Shown here piece by piece: positions 1-9,957 of a stretch of 32,000 nucleotides of DNA (position 1 is the stretch's first letter; every line of letters starts with the position of its first letter). The stretch comes from Methanosphaera stadtmanae DSM 3091. GTDB taxonomy: Archaea; Methanobacteriota; Methanobacteria; Methanobacteriales; Methanobacteriaceae. The notes beneath the pieces were generated by a model. That model saw only the letters and a program-made list of their open reading frames with translations. It was not told where the DNA came from and made no database searches. A program made the translations under genes and the position numbers. The stretch covers positions 30,001-62,000 of the forward strand of contig NC_007681.1 of assembly GCF_000012545.1 (NCBI RefSeq), written 5' to 3'.

Positions 1-38
1 TCTACTAATATACTAATGGTATGTTTAGGGTTAGTCAT
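1..38 (-). CDS. ilvN: Acetolactate synthase small (regulatory) subunit, 5' end only; the gene continues off the left edge
   Basis: On the minus strand an ATG at 38-36 sits inside the last codons of ilvB (ATGACTAA, 8-nt overlap). It opens the frame M-T-N-P-K-H-T-I-S-I-L-V-(E), which resembles the ACT-domain N-terminus of IlvN/IlvH proteins (..ISILVEN..). The position directly downstream of ilvB is the canonical ilvBN order. Only 12 codons are visible. Confidence 0.55.
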   Translation of the reverse strand, partial: MTNPKHTISILV

Positions 39-1719
39 TATCTTCTTCCTCCAAATCACTAAAATCTGTTTTCATATTGTCAAGTCTACAACCTGGTGGA
101 ACTATGGGTAATAGTTCTTCAGAATCTATTGTAATATCTATCACTGTTGCTTCTCTTGATTTAAATGCATTCTGTATCGTTTCTCTTAATTCTCCAGGTT
201 TTTCAACACGTTCTCCACATATTCCATAAGCTTCTGCTAATTTTACAAAATCAGGAGTTTCTGTTAATTTAGTAGCATAAACATGTTCATTAAATAATTT
301 TTGAAGTTGAGATACCATTCCAAGGTATCTATTGTTAAGTATACATGTAACTATTGGCAAATCATTTTCTTTTATTGTTGCTAGTTCCTGTGATACCATT
401 TGGAATCCTCCATCTCCCACTACTGCCAGAACATTTTCTTCTGGTTTTGCAACTTGTGCTCCCATTGCTGCTGGTAGTCCAAATCCCATTGTTCCCAGTC
501 CTCCTGATGATATGAATGTTCTTGGATTTTTTGTTTTATAGTAGTGTGCCATCCACATCTGGTTTTGTCCTACATCTGTTGATACTATTGTTGTTGGTGT
601 TACTGCTTCCATTATTTCCTTTATTGTTTCTTGTGGTTTTAGGGGAACTGTATCGTAGTTTATTTTAGGTTCTTTTTCCTTTTTTATTTGCATAAGATGT
701 TTTGTCCATGTAGGCCTATTTGAAATTTGAACTTTTTTAATAAATTCATTTAATGTGATCTTTGCATCACCTACAATAGGGACATCTATAGGAATTGTTT
801 TACCAATTTCTGCTGGATCTACATCTATTTGTATTTTTGTTGCATTTGGTGCATAATCTGTAATGTTACTTACACTTCTATCTGAGAATCTACATCCTAT
901 AGCAATTAAACAATCACATTCTGTTAGGGCTATGTTTGTTGATTCAATACCATGCATACCAATCATTCCAAGTGAAAGTTCATGGTCCTCTGATATTGAT
1001 CCTTTTCCCATTAGTGTTGTTGCTATTGGTATGTTTGTTAGTGTTGCAAATTTCACTAATTCAACTGATGCATTTGATAGTATTACTCCTCCACCAGCAA
1101 GTATAATTGGCTTTTGTGACGTGTTTATTATCTCAATAGCCTTTTTTATCTGTTTTATATTTCCTTTTTTTGTTGGTTTATATCCTGGTGTTTGAGTATC
1201 TGGATGAATATCCTCAATATCTACATCTTCCTTAAGTGTATTATTTGGTAGGTCAATAACAACAGGACCAGGTCTTCCAGTTGATGCAATATAGAATGCT
1301 TTATCAACATATTCTGCTATTTGTTCCATAGTTCTTGGCTGGAAATTATGTTTACTAATAGGCATAGTAATTCCAAGAGTATCTACTTCTTGAAACACAT
1401 CTTTTCCTATTAAATTTGTTGCTACTTGTCCTGTTAGGGCAATTATGGGTGATGAATCCATATGGGCTGTTGCAATACCTGTTGTGATATTGGTTGCTCC
1501 TGGACCAGAGGTTGCTAAACACACACCTATTTTCCCTGATGCTCGTGAGTATCCATCAGCTGCATGCACTGCTGCTTGTTCATGTCTAACTAAGATGTGA
1601 TCAATATCTGATTCACAAAGCGCATCATAAAATGGTAACAATACTCCTCCAGGATAACCAAAGATAGTAGTTGTACCATTTTCTTTTAATTTCTTAATTA
1701 ATAGTTCACTACCTTTCAT
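31..1719 (-). CDS. ilvB: Acetolactate synthase large subunit (thiamine-diphosphate enzyme)
   Basis: 562-aa ORF. N-terminal TPP-pyrimidine-binding domain (GYPGG, HEQAA.HAADGY.R.SGK.GVC..TSGPGATN). C-terminal TPP-binding motif (GDGGFQM...NN..LGMV). GGTG SD-like element 5 nt upstream of the ATG. Confidence 0.9.
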   Translation of the reverse strand: MKGSELLIKKLKENGTTTIFGYPGGVLLPFYDALCESDIDHILVRHEQAAVHAADGYSRASGKIGVCLATSGPGATNITTGIATAHMDSSPIIALTGQVATNLIGKDVFQEVDTLGITMPISKHNFQPRTMEQIAEYVDKAFYIASTGRPGPVVIDLPNNTLKEDVDIEDIHPDTQTPGYKPTKKGNIKQIKKAIEIINTSQKPIILAGGGVILSNASVELVKFATLTNIPIATTLMGKGSISEDHELSLGMIGMHGIESTNIALTECDCLIAIGCRFSDRSVSNITDYAPNATKIQIDVDPAEIGKTIPIDVPIVGDAKITLNEFIKKVQISNRPTWTKHLMQIKKEKEPKINYDTVPLKPQETIKEIMEAVTPTTIVSTDVGQNQMWMAHYYKTKNPRTFISSGGLGTMGFGLPAAMGAQVAKPEENVLAVVGDGGFQMVSQELATIKENDLPIVTCILNNRYLGMVSQLQKLFNEHVYATKLTETPDFVKLAEAYGICGERVEKPGELRETIQNAFKSREATVIDITIDSEELLPIVPPGCRLDNMKTDFSDLEEEDND

Positions 1720-1957
1720 TTTAACACCATTTTCTTATTGAGATTTATTTTTTTAATAATTTTTAAATATATATAATATATCTCTTTAGTATGTGTTATA
1801 TTTTATTAGAATAATAGGGGATATTTATTATAATTCTTACTTAATAATGATTTCTTTTAGTAGGAAAGTAATTCTAAATAAAAAAATAAAATTAATAAAA
1901 GTAAAGGGATATATTTATATATAATAAAATATTACGATAATAATTTTTTTTTTATTA

Positions 1958-1994
1958 AGTACAAATACAGTACAAAAACAACAAGTACAAAAAA
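1958..1994 (+). promoter_or_regulatory. Three direct repeats of AGTACAAA(A) upstream of purD; candidate operator or 5'-UTR element
   Basis: AGTACAAA at 1958-1965, AGTACAAAAA at 1969-1978 and AGTACAAAAAA at 1984-1994. They lie 29-65 nt upstream of the purD ATG (2023) and downstream of a TATA-like GGGATATATTTATATATAA element around 1905-1925. Confidence 0.3.
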
Positions 1995-2022
1995 TACCTT
2001 ATTAACAGGACGTGATTATATA

Positions 2023-3339
2023 ATGAAAATATTGATGGTAGGTAGCGGTGCACGTGAACATGCAATTGCTAAGGCATTAAATAAAACAGCAGATGTTTAT
2101 ACATATATGGGAAGAAAAAATCCTGGATTGGCAAGAATATCTAAAAATTATACAGTAAATGATGAATCTAATTTTAATGAAATTATTAAATTTGCACAAG
2201 AAAATAATGTGGAATTAGCATTTATTGGACCGGAAGCTCCACTTGAAATGGGAATAGTTGATGAACTTGAAAAAGAAGGAATACATTCTGTGGGTCCAAC
2301 TAAAAGTGCAGCACAAATAGAAACAAACAAAGCATTCATGAGAAAACTCTTTGAAGATTATGATATTCCAGGATCAATTAAATATGGAACATTTTATGAT
2401 TTAGATGAAGCTTATGAATTTATTGATAACTTTGATGAACCAGTAGTAGTAAAACCAATAGGATTAACTGGTGGAAAAGGAGTTAAAATTGTAGGGGATC
2501 AGTTAGCTGATAATGATGAAGCAAAAGAATATGTTAAAGAAATTTTCCATCAGAAAATGGGTGGATTTGAAGGAGTAGTAATTGAAGAATTGTTACTTGG
2601 AGAAGAATACACAATACAAGCTTTTGTTGATGGAACACATCTTATACCAATGCCTGCTGCACAAGATCATCCACATGCATTTGTAGGAAATAAAGGACCA
2701 ATTACTGGGGGAATGGGTTCATATTCAGATAAAAATCATTTACTACCATTTTTAACACAAGAAGATTATGATAAATCAGTAGAAATAATGGAAAAAACAA
2801 TAAAAGCAATAGCAAAAGAACAAGAACCATATAAAGGAATATTATATGGTCAATTCATGTTATGTAAAGATGGTCCAAAAGTAATAGAATACAATGCAAG
2901 ATTTGGAGATCCGGAATCTATGAATGTATTATCAGTAATAGATGATGATTTAGCAAAAATATCTAAACAAATAGTAGATGGAACATTAGATTCAGTGAAT
3001 TTCCTTAATAAATCCTCAGTATGTAAGTATGTGGTACCTGATAAATATCCAAATACCCACGTTGCAGATACTGTTGTTGATGTGGATGAAGATAAAATCA
3101 ATGAATTAGGAGCACAAGTATTTTATGCAGCAGTTTATCAGGATATGGATGATTCTATTAAATTAACTTCATCAAGAGCATTAGGAGTACTTGCAGTAAA
3201 AGATTCTATTAAAGAAGCAGAAAAAATCTGTGAAGAAGCTATAAAATATGTTAAAGGTGAAGTATACCATAGAAATGATGTTGCTACTGAAGAATTATTA
3301 AATGAAAAAATCAAACACATGGAAGAAGTTAGATTGTAA
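2023..3339 (+). CDS. purD: Phosphoribosylamine--glycine ligase (GAR synthetase)
   Basis: 438-aa [20 protein letters not shown]-terminus, ATP-grasp core (VVKP.GL.GGKGV, EE.L.GEE) and C-terminal EYN.RFGDPE motif, all typical of PurD. Confidence 0.92.
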   Translation: MKILMVGSGAREHAIAKALNKTADVYTYMGRKNPGLARISKNYTVNDESNFNEIIKFAQENNVELAFIGPEAPLEMGIVDELEKEGIHSVGPTKSAAQIETNKAFMRKLFEDYDIPGSIKYGTFYDLDEAYEFIDNFDEPVVVKPIGLTGGKGVKIVGDQLADNDEAKEYVKEIFHQKMGGFEGVVIEELLLGEEYTIQAFVDGTHLIPMPAAQDHPHAFVGNKGPITGGMGSYSDKNHLLPFLTQEDYDKSVEIMEKTIKAIAKEQEPYKGILYGQFMLCKDGPKVIEYNARFGDPESMNVLSVIDDDLAKISKQIVDGTLDSVNFLNKSSVCKYVVPDKYPNTHVADTVVDVDEDKINELGAQVFYAAVYQDMDDSIKLTSSRALGVLAVKDSIKEAEKICEEAIKYVKGEVYHRNDVATEELLNEKIKHMEEVRL

Positions 3340-3352
3340 TCTAACAACCTAC

Positions 3353-3359
3353 TTTTTTT
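3353..3359 (+). terminator. Oligo-T tract (T7) downstream of purD; candidate archaeal intrinsic terminator
   Basis: T7 lies 14 nt after the purD stop codon. Archaeal RNA polymerase terminates at oligo-T tracts (established knowledge). T-runs are common in this AT-rich DNA, so specificity is low. Confidence 0.35.
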
Positions 3360-3552
3360 ATTATCAAAATTAAATAAAAATCCATATAATTCTACACTAC
3401 ATTTTTAATAACTTAAATTTTTACTACAAATACGAGTTAATTATTCATGTTATCTATTTTTAAGTTACTTATTTTAAGAACTAGTAACATAATAATATAT
3501 TATTTATTATTAAAATTATGAATTAATAATTTTTTTAGGGAAGGATTCGAAA

Positions 3553-4461
3553 ATGAAAAACTTATTATCAATGTCTGATGCAAAAAATGAAGTAAATGCA
3601 ATATTAGAAATAGCATCAGGTTTAAAATCAGGTGAAATAACTGAAAAACCACTAACAAACAAATATATTGGAATGATTTTTGAAAAATCATCAACAAGAA
3701 CAAGAGTATCATTTGAAGTTGGAATTCATCAACTAGGTGGAACTCCATTGTATCTTTCAAGTAAAGACCTACAATTAAATAGGGGAGAACCAATAGAAGA
3801 TACTGCAAGGGTATTATCACGTTTTCTTGATGGAATAATGATAAGAGCAAAAAAACATGAAAATGTAGAAGAATTAGTACAATACTCCACAATACCTATT
3901 ATAAGTGGATTAACAGATAAAGAACATCCATGTCAAATTTTTGCTGATTTATTAACAATAAAAGAATATAAAGGCGATTTTAACGATAAAAAAATCGTGT
4001 TTATAGGTGATGGAAACAATGTATGTAACTCTTTATTACTAGCAGCAGCCTATGTTGGAATGGATATGACAGTAGCTTGTCCTGAAGGCTATGAACCAAA
4101 TGAAAAAATATATACACTTGCAAAACAAGAAGCTCAAAAAACTAATTCAACAATAAAAATTGAAAACAATGTAAATGAAGCAGTAAAAGATGCAGATGTA
4201 TTATATACTGATGTATGGGTAAGTATGGGTGATGAAGATGAACAAGATGAAAGAGAAAGAATCTTCAAACCATATCAAATTAACAATGAATTATTATCAC
4301 AAGCAAAAGATGATGCAATAGTAATGCACTGTTTACCTGCAATAAGAGGTCAAGAAATAACAGCAGATGTAATGGTATCACCTCAATCAGCAATATGGGA
4401 TCAAGCTGAAAATAGATTACATGCACAAAAAGCAATACTATATCATATTTTTAAAGAATAA
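3553..4461 (+). CDS. argF: Ornithine carbamoyltransferase
   Basis: 302-aa ORF with the carbamoyl-phosphate motif [10 protein letters not shown], plus HPCQ, DVWVSMG and HCLPA motifs characteristic of OTCase rather than ATCase. GGAAGGA SD-like element upstream. Confidence 0.9.
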   Translation: MKNLLSMSDAKNEVNAILEIASGLKSGEITEKPLTNKYIGMIFEKSSTRTRVSFEVGIHQLGGTPLYLSSKDLQLNRGEPIEDTARVLSRFLDGIMIRAKKHENVEELVQYSTIPIISGLTDKEHPCQIFADLLTIKEYKGDFNDKKIVFIGDGNNVCNSLLLAAAYVGMDMTVACPEGYEPNEKIYTLAKQEAQKTNSTIKIENNVNEAVKDADVLYTDVWVSMGDEDEQDERERIFKPYQINNELLSQAKDDAIVMHCLPAIRGQEITADVMVSPQSAIWDQAENRLHAQKAILYHIFKE

Positions 4462-4541
4462 AAGAATTTACCTTCCCATAAAATCTTTTATTAATCATCA
4501 TCCAAAGTTATATATTTATTTTTTAATTATGAAGTGATAAT

Positions 4542-5366
4542 ATGTTATCAAAAAGAATCATACCATGTTTAGACTGTGATCTACAAGTACCTGAGGGTAG
4601 AGTAGTTAAAGGAGTAGAATTTAAACAAATACGTTATGCTGGAAATCCAGTTGAATTAGCAACAAAATACTATGAACAAGGGGCAGATGAAATAGTATTT
4701 TTAGATATAACCGCTTCCCATGAACGTAGATCTACAATGGCTGACGTAATTGAAAAAACAGTTGAAAATGTATTCACACCAATCTGTGTAGGTGGAGGAA
4801 TACGAGAAGTAAAAGACTATGTGGCAATGCTTAAAGCAGGAGCAGATAAATGTTCAACAAATACTGCTGCAATAAAAGATCCATCCCTTATAAACAGAGC
4901 ATCTGAGCATGTTGGAAGTCAAGCATGTGTAATTGGTATTGATGCTAAAAGAAGATATGTTGAAAATCCATCAGAATCTGATGAACATTATATTGTAGAA
5001 ACAAATGATGGATATTGTTGGTTTGACTGTAGTATTTATGGTGGACGTGAATTTACTGGAATTGATGCAGTTAAATGGGCAATAGAATGTGAAGAAAGAG
5101 GTGCTGGAGAAATACTCTTAACAAGTATGGATAGGGATGGTACAAAGATAGGTTATGATTTAGAACTGACAAAAACAATAAGTGAAAATGTTTCCATACC
5201 TGTAATAGCATCTGGTGGTGTGGGAAATCCTGAACATATCTATGATTCATTTTCTAAAGGAAAAGCTGATGCAGCATTAGCAGCAAGTATATTTCACTTT
5301 GATGAATATCCAATACCTCAAGTAAAAAACTACTTAAAAGATAAAAATATTCCAATTAGAATATAA
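4542..5366 (+). CDS. hisF: Imidazole glycerol phosphate synthase, cyclase subunit
   Basis: 274-aa [11 protein letters not shown]...V.G..F, LDI.AS, GGGIR, ASGG.G motifs of the HisF (beta/alpha)8 barrel. No adjacent hisH, as is usual in archaea. Confidence 0.9.
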   Translation: MLSKRIIPCLDCDLQVPEGRVVKGVEFKQIRYAGNPVELATKYYEQGADEIVFLDITASHERRSTMADVIEKTVENVFTPICVGGGIREVKDYVAMLKAGADKCSTNTAAIKDPSLINRASEHVGSQACVIGIDAKRRYVENPSESDEHYIVETNDGYCWFDCSIYGGREFTGIDAVKWAIECEERGAGEILLTSMDRDGTKIGYDLELTKTISENVSIPVIASGGVGNPEHIYDSFSKGKADAALAASIFHFDEYPIPQVKNYLKDKNIPIRI

Positions 5367-5387
5367 TTTAATATTTTTACTTTCTAC

Positions 5388-5394
5388 TTTTTTT
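5388..5394 (+). terminator. Oligo-T tract (T7) downstream of hisF
   Basis: T7 lies about 20 nt after the hisF stop codon. Confidence 0.3.
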
Positions 5395-5561
5395 AAGAAT
5401 ATTTAATATCACTTCTAACATATTAATAATTAAATAAATAGAATACTTATGGTTATCATGACATTTTTTAGAGTTTTAAAAATATAACAATGATATTAAT
5501 AGATTTTTAGTATTCGATAGGGTTAGATATTTAGAAAAACACTTTTTATGAAGGAGAAACT

Positions 5562-6491
5562 ATGACATTAATAATAAGTATAACAACGCCTAATGGAATA
5601 ATAATGGCTTCAGACAGTAGACAAACATTAAAAAATCCAAAACAAATGACAAGGATATCTACAAATTATGCAAATAAATTATTTGCTGTGAATGAAAGAA
5701 TAATTGTTGGAACAGCAGGAATGGCATTTTTTGCCGATGAAACTGGTGTTCAAAGAAGTGTATCAACATATGTAAATGATTTCTGCAATACTAAATATTT
5801 AAATAATATGTCAGTAAAGGATGTGGCTACAGAGCTTCATTCATATATCAACAGTAAATATCCATGGAAAAAACAATTAGAAGCCTCAGCACAACAATTT
5901 AAATTAGATGCACAAAGTAAGGGACTAAATATTCTATCATTAGAAACAAAGGATAATGTTGTAGAATTTAAAGTTAAACATCCAAATGGTATGATTGAAA
6001 CTGGAAATATATCTGTTGAACCAATTAATCTTTTAATAAGTGGATTTAATACTGATGGTTCATTTGAAACATATGAATCAATTTCTCCAGGTAATATTCA
6101 AGTAAAACGTGAAACTGATAATTATGGTTGCACATGGATAGGACAGGGAGATGTAGTATCACGTATGATTTTAGGATATGATGCTAAAATATTTAATACC
6201 TCTTTATTTCAGGGAATATCATCAACAACTTCACAACAAGATATTATAAAACAATTACAAGGACTAGAATACAACATACCTTGGCCATTACTAACACTAC
6301 AGGATGCTCTGGACTTGGCAGTATTTTTAATAAAATCAACATCTATAATACAAAGATATGCTGATGGAATAACTATGGATGGTGGAGATATACAGGGGGT
6401 TGGCGGACCAATAGATGTTGCTATAATAACTAGAAAGGATGGAATCAATTGGATAAAACAAAAACAAGTGATTTATCCTTCATTTGATTAA
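5562..6491 (+). CDS. Proteasome-beta/HslV-like Ntn hydrolase without propeptide, 309 aa; possibly a Connectase (DUF2121)-type enzyme
   Basis: The N-terminus MTLIISITTPNGIIMASDSRQT places Thr directly after the initiator Met and Asp at mature position 17. A Lys (ANKLF) and GTAG follow, offset about 5 residues from proteasome Lys33/Gly47. A later GQGD motif resembles the proteasome GSG loop. The protein is about 100 aa longer than a beta subunit. AGGAG SD lies 5 nt upstream of the ATG. Confidence 0.6.
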   Translation: MTLIISITTPNGIIMASDSRQTLKNPKQMTRISTNYANKLFAVNERIIVGTAGMAFFADETGVQRSVSTYVNDFCNTKYLNNMSVKDVATELHSYINSKYPWKKQLEASAQQFKLDAQSKGLNILSLETKDNVVEFKVKHPNGMIETGNISVEPINLLISGFNTDGSFETYESISPGNIQVKRETDNYGCTWIGQGDVVSRMILGYDAKIFNTSLFQGISSTTSQQDIIKQLQGLEYNIPWPLLTLQDALDLAVFLIKSTSIIQRYADGITMDGGDIQGVGGPIDVAIITRKDGINWIKQKQVIYPSFD

Positions 6492-6495
6492 AAAC

Positions 6496-6513
6496 TTTTT
6501 TTTTATTTTTTTT
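6496..6513 (+). terminator. T9-A-T8 tract downstream of the Ntn-hydrolase gene
   Basis: Two long T-runs start 5 nt after the stop codon, immediately before ogg. Confidence 0.35.
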
Positions 6514-6523
6514 GGTGTTTATA

Positions 6524-7447
6524 ATGTTTAGTGGAGAATTTATAGTAGATTTCAATGAATATGTGGGTGATTTTGATTTAATTTTAACAATGAATTCTGG
6601 TCAGACAAGTCAACCGCCATGGAAAATGGATGATAATAACTACTATGAAATAATACTGATTGATAATATTGATGTTTTAGTAAAAATAAGTCAAGAAAAA
6701 TTAAATGATCCTCTAATTGTAAAATATTTCTCTAAAGAGGAATTTAATGTAGAAAAACTTAGAACTAAACTATTTTATATCTTTGATTTAGATTATAATA
6801 TTAATGAAGTTTATGATTTTCTTGAAGAAAATAGTCAGTTAAGTGATGTTTATGAATTTAATAGGGGTTTAAGGTTATTTAAGTCACAATTTCCATTTGA
6901 ATGTATTATTTCCTCTATCTGTTCTGCAAATAATTCAATAAAACGTTGGACAAAATCACTGTATGATATACGTAGATTTTGTGGTAGAAGTGTGGTTTTT
7001 GGTAAAGATACATACTATGTATTTCCAAGAGAGGAAGTCTTTATTAATATGAGTCTTGATGAATTAAAGAATTGTGGTGTGGGATATAGAAATAAGTATA
7101 TGTTAAATTCCACAGAAAAAATAAGGGATTCTATAGATTTTCATGAAAATATCTTTAAATTATCATATAAAAAAGCATATAATGAAATTATAAAACTTGA
7201 GGGTGTTGGTCCAAAGGTAGCAGATTGTATATTGCTCTATGGTTATAATAAACATGAAGCATATCCTGTTGATGTTTGGATTAATAGAATAACAACATAT
7301 CTTTATTTTAAAAATCAGAAAGTATCTAATGGAAAAATATCTTCATTTGCACATGAAACATTTGGTATGTATGCAGGTTATATTCAGTTATATCTTTTTA
7401 ATTATGCAAGATTATCTGGTTTAATGAGTAAATTAAAAGAAATCTAA
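6524..7447 (+). CDS. ogg: 8-oxoguanine DNA glycosylase / AP lyase (Ogg family, HhH-GPD)
   Basis: HhH-GPD signature LEGVGPKVADCILLYG, including the catalytic-type Lys, followed by PVDVW with the catalytic-type Asp, as in Ogg1-type enzymes. The ORF track starts at TTG 6512, but ATG 6524 (MFSGEF) is the more likely start. Confidence 0.8.
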   Translation: MFSGEFIVDFNEYVGDFDLILTMNSGQTSQPPWKMDDNNYYEIILIDNIDVLVKISQEKLNDPLIVKYFSKEEFNVEKLRTKLFYIFDLDYNINEVYDFLEENSQLSDVYEFNRGLRLFKSQFPFECIISSICSANNSIKRWTKSLYDIRRFCGRSVVFGKDTYYVFPREEVFINMSLDELKNCGVGYRNKYMLNSTEKIRDSIDFHENIFKLSYKKAYNEIIKLEGVGPKVADCILLYGYNKHEAYPVDVWINRITTYLYFKNQKVSNGKISSFAHETFGMYAGYIQLYLFNYARLSGLMSKLKEI

Positions 7448-7550
7448 TCTTCTAAAAGGAAATGTATTTTAGGGGGTCAGGGTAGAATGAATATTACATA
7501 AATTCTATATAATAATATGTTTTTCTTAATATATTAATGTTGTTTTATCT

Positions 7551-7982
7551 TTATTCATCAATTATTGTTATAGTGTTCATAACATCACCTTGTCTGATTT
7601 TATAAACAACATCCATACCTTCAATAACCTGTCCAAATACTGTGTGAACTCCATCAAGATGTGGTTGTGGGCTGTGTGTTATGAAAAATTGACTTCCACC
7701 TGTATCTTTTCCTGCATGTGCCATGGATAATGCTCCAGTACCATGTTTATGTGGATTACCTTCTGTTTCACATTTTATTGTGTAACCTGGTCCACCTGTT
7801 CCATTACCATTGGGACATCCACCTTGAATTACAAAGTCAGGAATTACTCTGTGGAATGTAAGTCCATCATAAAATCCTTTATTAGCTAATTTTTCAAAAT
7901 TTGCTACTGTTCCAGGTGCTTCATTAGGGAATAATTCTAATGTAATATCACCTTTTTCAGTTTTAATAATTGCTTTTTTCAT
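7551..7982 (-). CDS. Cyclophilin-type peptidyl-prolyl cis-trans isomerase
   Basis: 143-aa ORF with [32 protein letters not shown] and HTVFG motifs. Confidence 0.92.
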   Translation of the reverse strand: MKKAIIKTEKGDITLELFPNEAPGTVANFEKLANKGFYDGLTFHRVIPDFVIQGGCPNGNGTGGPGYTIKCETEGNPHKHGTGALSMAHAGKDTGGSQFFITHSPQPHLDGVHTVFGQVIEGMDVVYKIRQGDVMNTITIIDE

Positions 7983-8179
7983 TATTTCACCTTTATTATA
8001 TGTATATATTATTTTTACAATTAAAATATCTTATTTTATTATTAATGATTTTATTTGAATTTTTCAATAACATCTCTTAATACTTCAGGTATCTGGTGTA
8101 TTTATTTTATACTTGAATATCTTATGAATGATTTTTAAATCAACTAAATAATAAAGTATGAATAATAAATATAAAAACT

Positions 8180-9928
8180 ATGAATACGATATTTTGCCCA
8201 GATTGTGGAATGATAAGAAATAAATGCATATGTTCTAAGAAAGAGAAAAATCAAAATTCCCTCATTAGTAGACCTTCTACTGAGGAAAAAGAGTCTCTTC
8301 AACAACAACATCCCCATATAGACGATGAAATAATTGAAAACTTTCCATTTAAACAAGCAAGACATAATCAATTAGAACTCATAACAGAAATATTAAATGC
8401 TTTTGAGTCAGATAAACGTTATGTTATACTTGAAGCAGGAACAGGAACAGGAAAATCAGCTATTGCAGCAACCCTTGCTCAAATTCTACAACCAGCATAT
8501 ATTCTTACAATGACAAAACAATTACAAAGACAATATGCTGATGAATTTGGTTATGCTCAAGTTAAGGGAAGAAATAATTTCTCATGTATGGATAGTGGTT
8601 CTTTAAATACATGTGATCAAGGAACATGTCAAACAAGTAGAACAACAGAGGAATTTGCTTGTCCATATGGTATTAAAATAGAACAAAATAAACAGAAAAA
8701 TATGGAAGATGATGATAATACCCAGTACTACAATACACCATTTTCATTTAAATCATCAGAACATTGTCCATATTGGAATCAGAAATCTATTGCAATAAAT
8801 GAGCCTGTTACATTACTAAATTATGATTATGCATATCTTGAATTAAATTATGTGCAACATTTCCAAAAAAGAAATATAATGATACTTGATGAGGCCCATA
8901 ATATTGAAGATAAGATAATGCATAAATTAGAACTTAATATTTCTGATAAACAGTTAAAAAAAGATATTAATCAGTCTATACCAAGAGAAATGATGTCATT
9001 TACAGATATTAAAGATTGGATTGCATTTCTTGAATCCATATTTGATTCATATAATGATATATATACAAACAATCTTACTAAGAAAAAAGCAGATAGAATA
9101 GAACGTACAAAAAGAAAACTCAAAGAAATCACTGAAAATATTAAGAAAAATCCTGAAAATTGGGTTGTTTCATTTGAAGGTGAGGTTGTTTCATTTAAAC
9201 CACTTAAAGTGGATATGTATGCTGAGGATACATTGTTCCAGTATGCTGATAAGATATTATTTATGAGTGCAACTATACTTGATAAGGATTTGTTTTGTAA
9301 ATGGTTAGGTTTAAATTCAGATGATGTTTATTATATACACAGTGAAAGTCCATTTAAAAAAGAGTATAGGCCAATACATATGAGACTAGTGGGGTCAATG
9401 GCTAAACGTGCTCTTTGGCATACAGCACCAAAAACAATACCTGTACTTCGAGATATAATGGATGAACATAAAAATGAGAAGGGTTTAATTCATACAAATA
9501 GTTATAAATGTCAAAAATATATAACAGACCATATTAAAGACCAAAGAATACTATCTCATTCACCTAAATCAAGGGATCAAATACTAGCAGAATTTGAAAG
9601 ATCATCAAATCCTTATGTTTTAGTAAGTCCTTCCATGAGTGAAGGAGTAGATTTACCATATGAGAAGTGTCAATTCCAAATTATATATAAGGTACCTTAT
9701 CCATATCTTGGAGATAAACAGATAAATGAAAGAAAAAATATTGATCCACAATGGTATGCATATAAAACAATAATGACATTAATGCAGGCATATGGTAGGG
9801 GAATGAGAGCAGAAAATGATAGTTGTGATACATACATCTTAGATAAAAATATACAATCAATTCTTAGAAATAAGATGTATAGAAAACTAATACCGAAATT
9901 CTTTAGAGAAGCCATTACTAATAAATAG
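8180..9928 (+). CDS. XPD/Rad3/DinG-family superfamily-2 DNA helicase with N-terminal zinc-ribbon extension
   Basis: Walker A AGTGTGKS and DEAH box LDEAHN. Cys cluster between motifs I and II (C..C-x-C...C...C) consistent with a 4Fe-4S domain. C-terminal helicase motifs SPSMSEGVDLP and QAYGRGMR. The N-terminus carries CPDCG-x6-CIC. Confidence 0.8.
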   Translation: MNTIFCPDCGMIRNKCICSKKEKNQNSLISRPSTEEKESLQQQHPHIDDEIIENFPFKQARHNQLELITEILNAFESDKRYVILEAGTGTGKSAIAATLAQILQPAYILTMTKQLQRQYADEFGYAQVKGRNNFSCMDSGSLNTCDQGTCQTSRTTEEFACPYGIKIEQNKQKNMEDDDNTQYYNTPFSFKSSEHCPYWNQKSIAINEPVTLLNYDYAYLELNYVQHFQKRNIMILDEAHNIEDKIMHKLELNISDKQLKKDINQSIPREMMSFTDIKDWIAFLESIFDSYNDIYTNNLTKKKADRIERTKRKLKEITENIKKNPENWVVSFEGEVVSFKPLKVDMYAEDTLFQYADKILFMSATILDKDLFCKWLGLNSDDVYYIHSESPFKKEYRPIHMRLVGSMAKRALWHTAPKTIPVLRDIMDEHKNEKGLIHTNSYKCQKYITDHIKDQRILSHSPKSRDQILAEFERSSNPYVLVSPSMSEGVDLPYEKCQFQIIYKVPYPYLGDKQINERKNIDPQWYAYKTIMTLMQAYGRGMRAENDSCDTYILDKNIQSILRNKMYRKLIPKFFREAITNK

Positions 9929-9957
9929 AAAAAAGTTATTTAAAAAAAGAAAGGAAG

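Noticed and set aside
3500-3892. 130-aa minus-strand ORF overlapping the argF start
   Set aside because: It is antisense to a gene with clear OTCase motifs. The product is Leu/Phe-rich low-complexity sequence.
7447-7550. The G-rich patch GGGGGTCAGGGTAG in the ogg/cyclophilin convergent spacer, considered as a small RNA or tRNA fragment
   Set aside because: It has no cloverleaf-compatible complementarity and no flanking conserved tRNA boxes. The rest of the spacer is A/T-rich terminator-like sequence.
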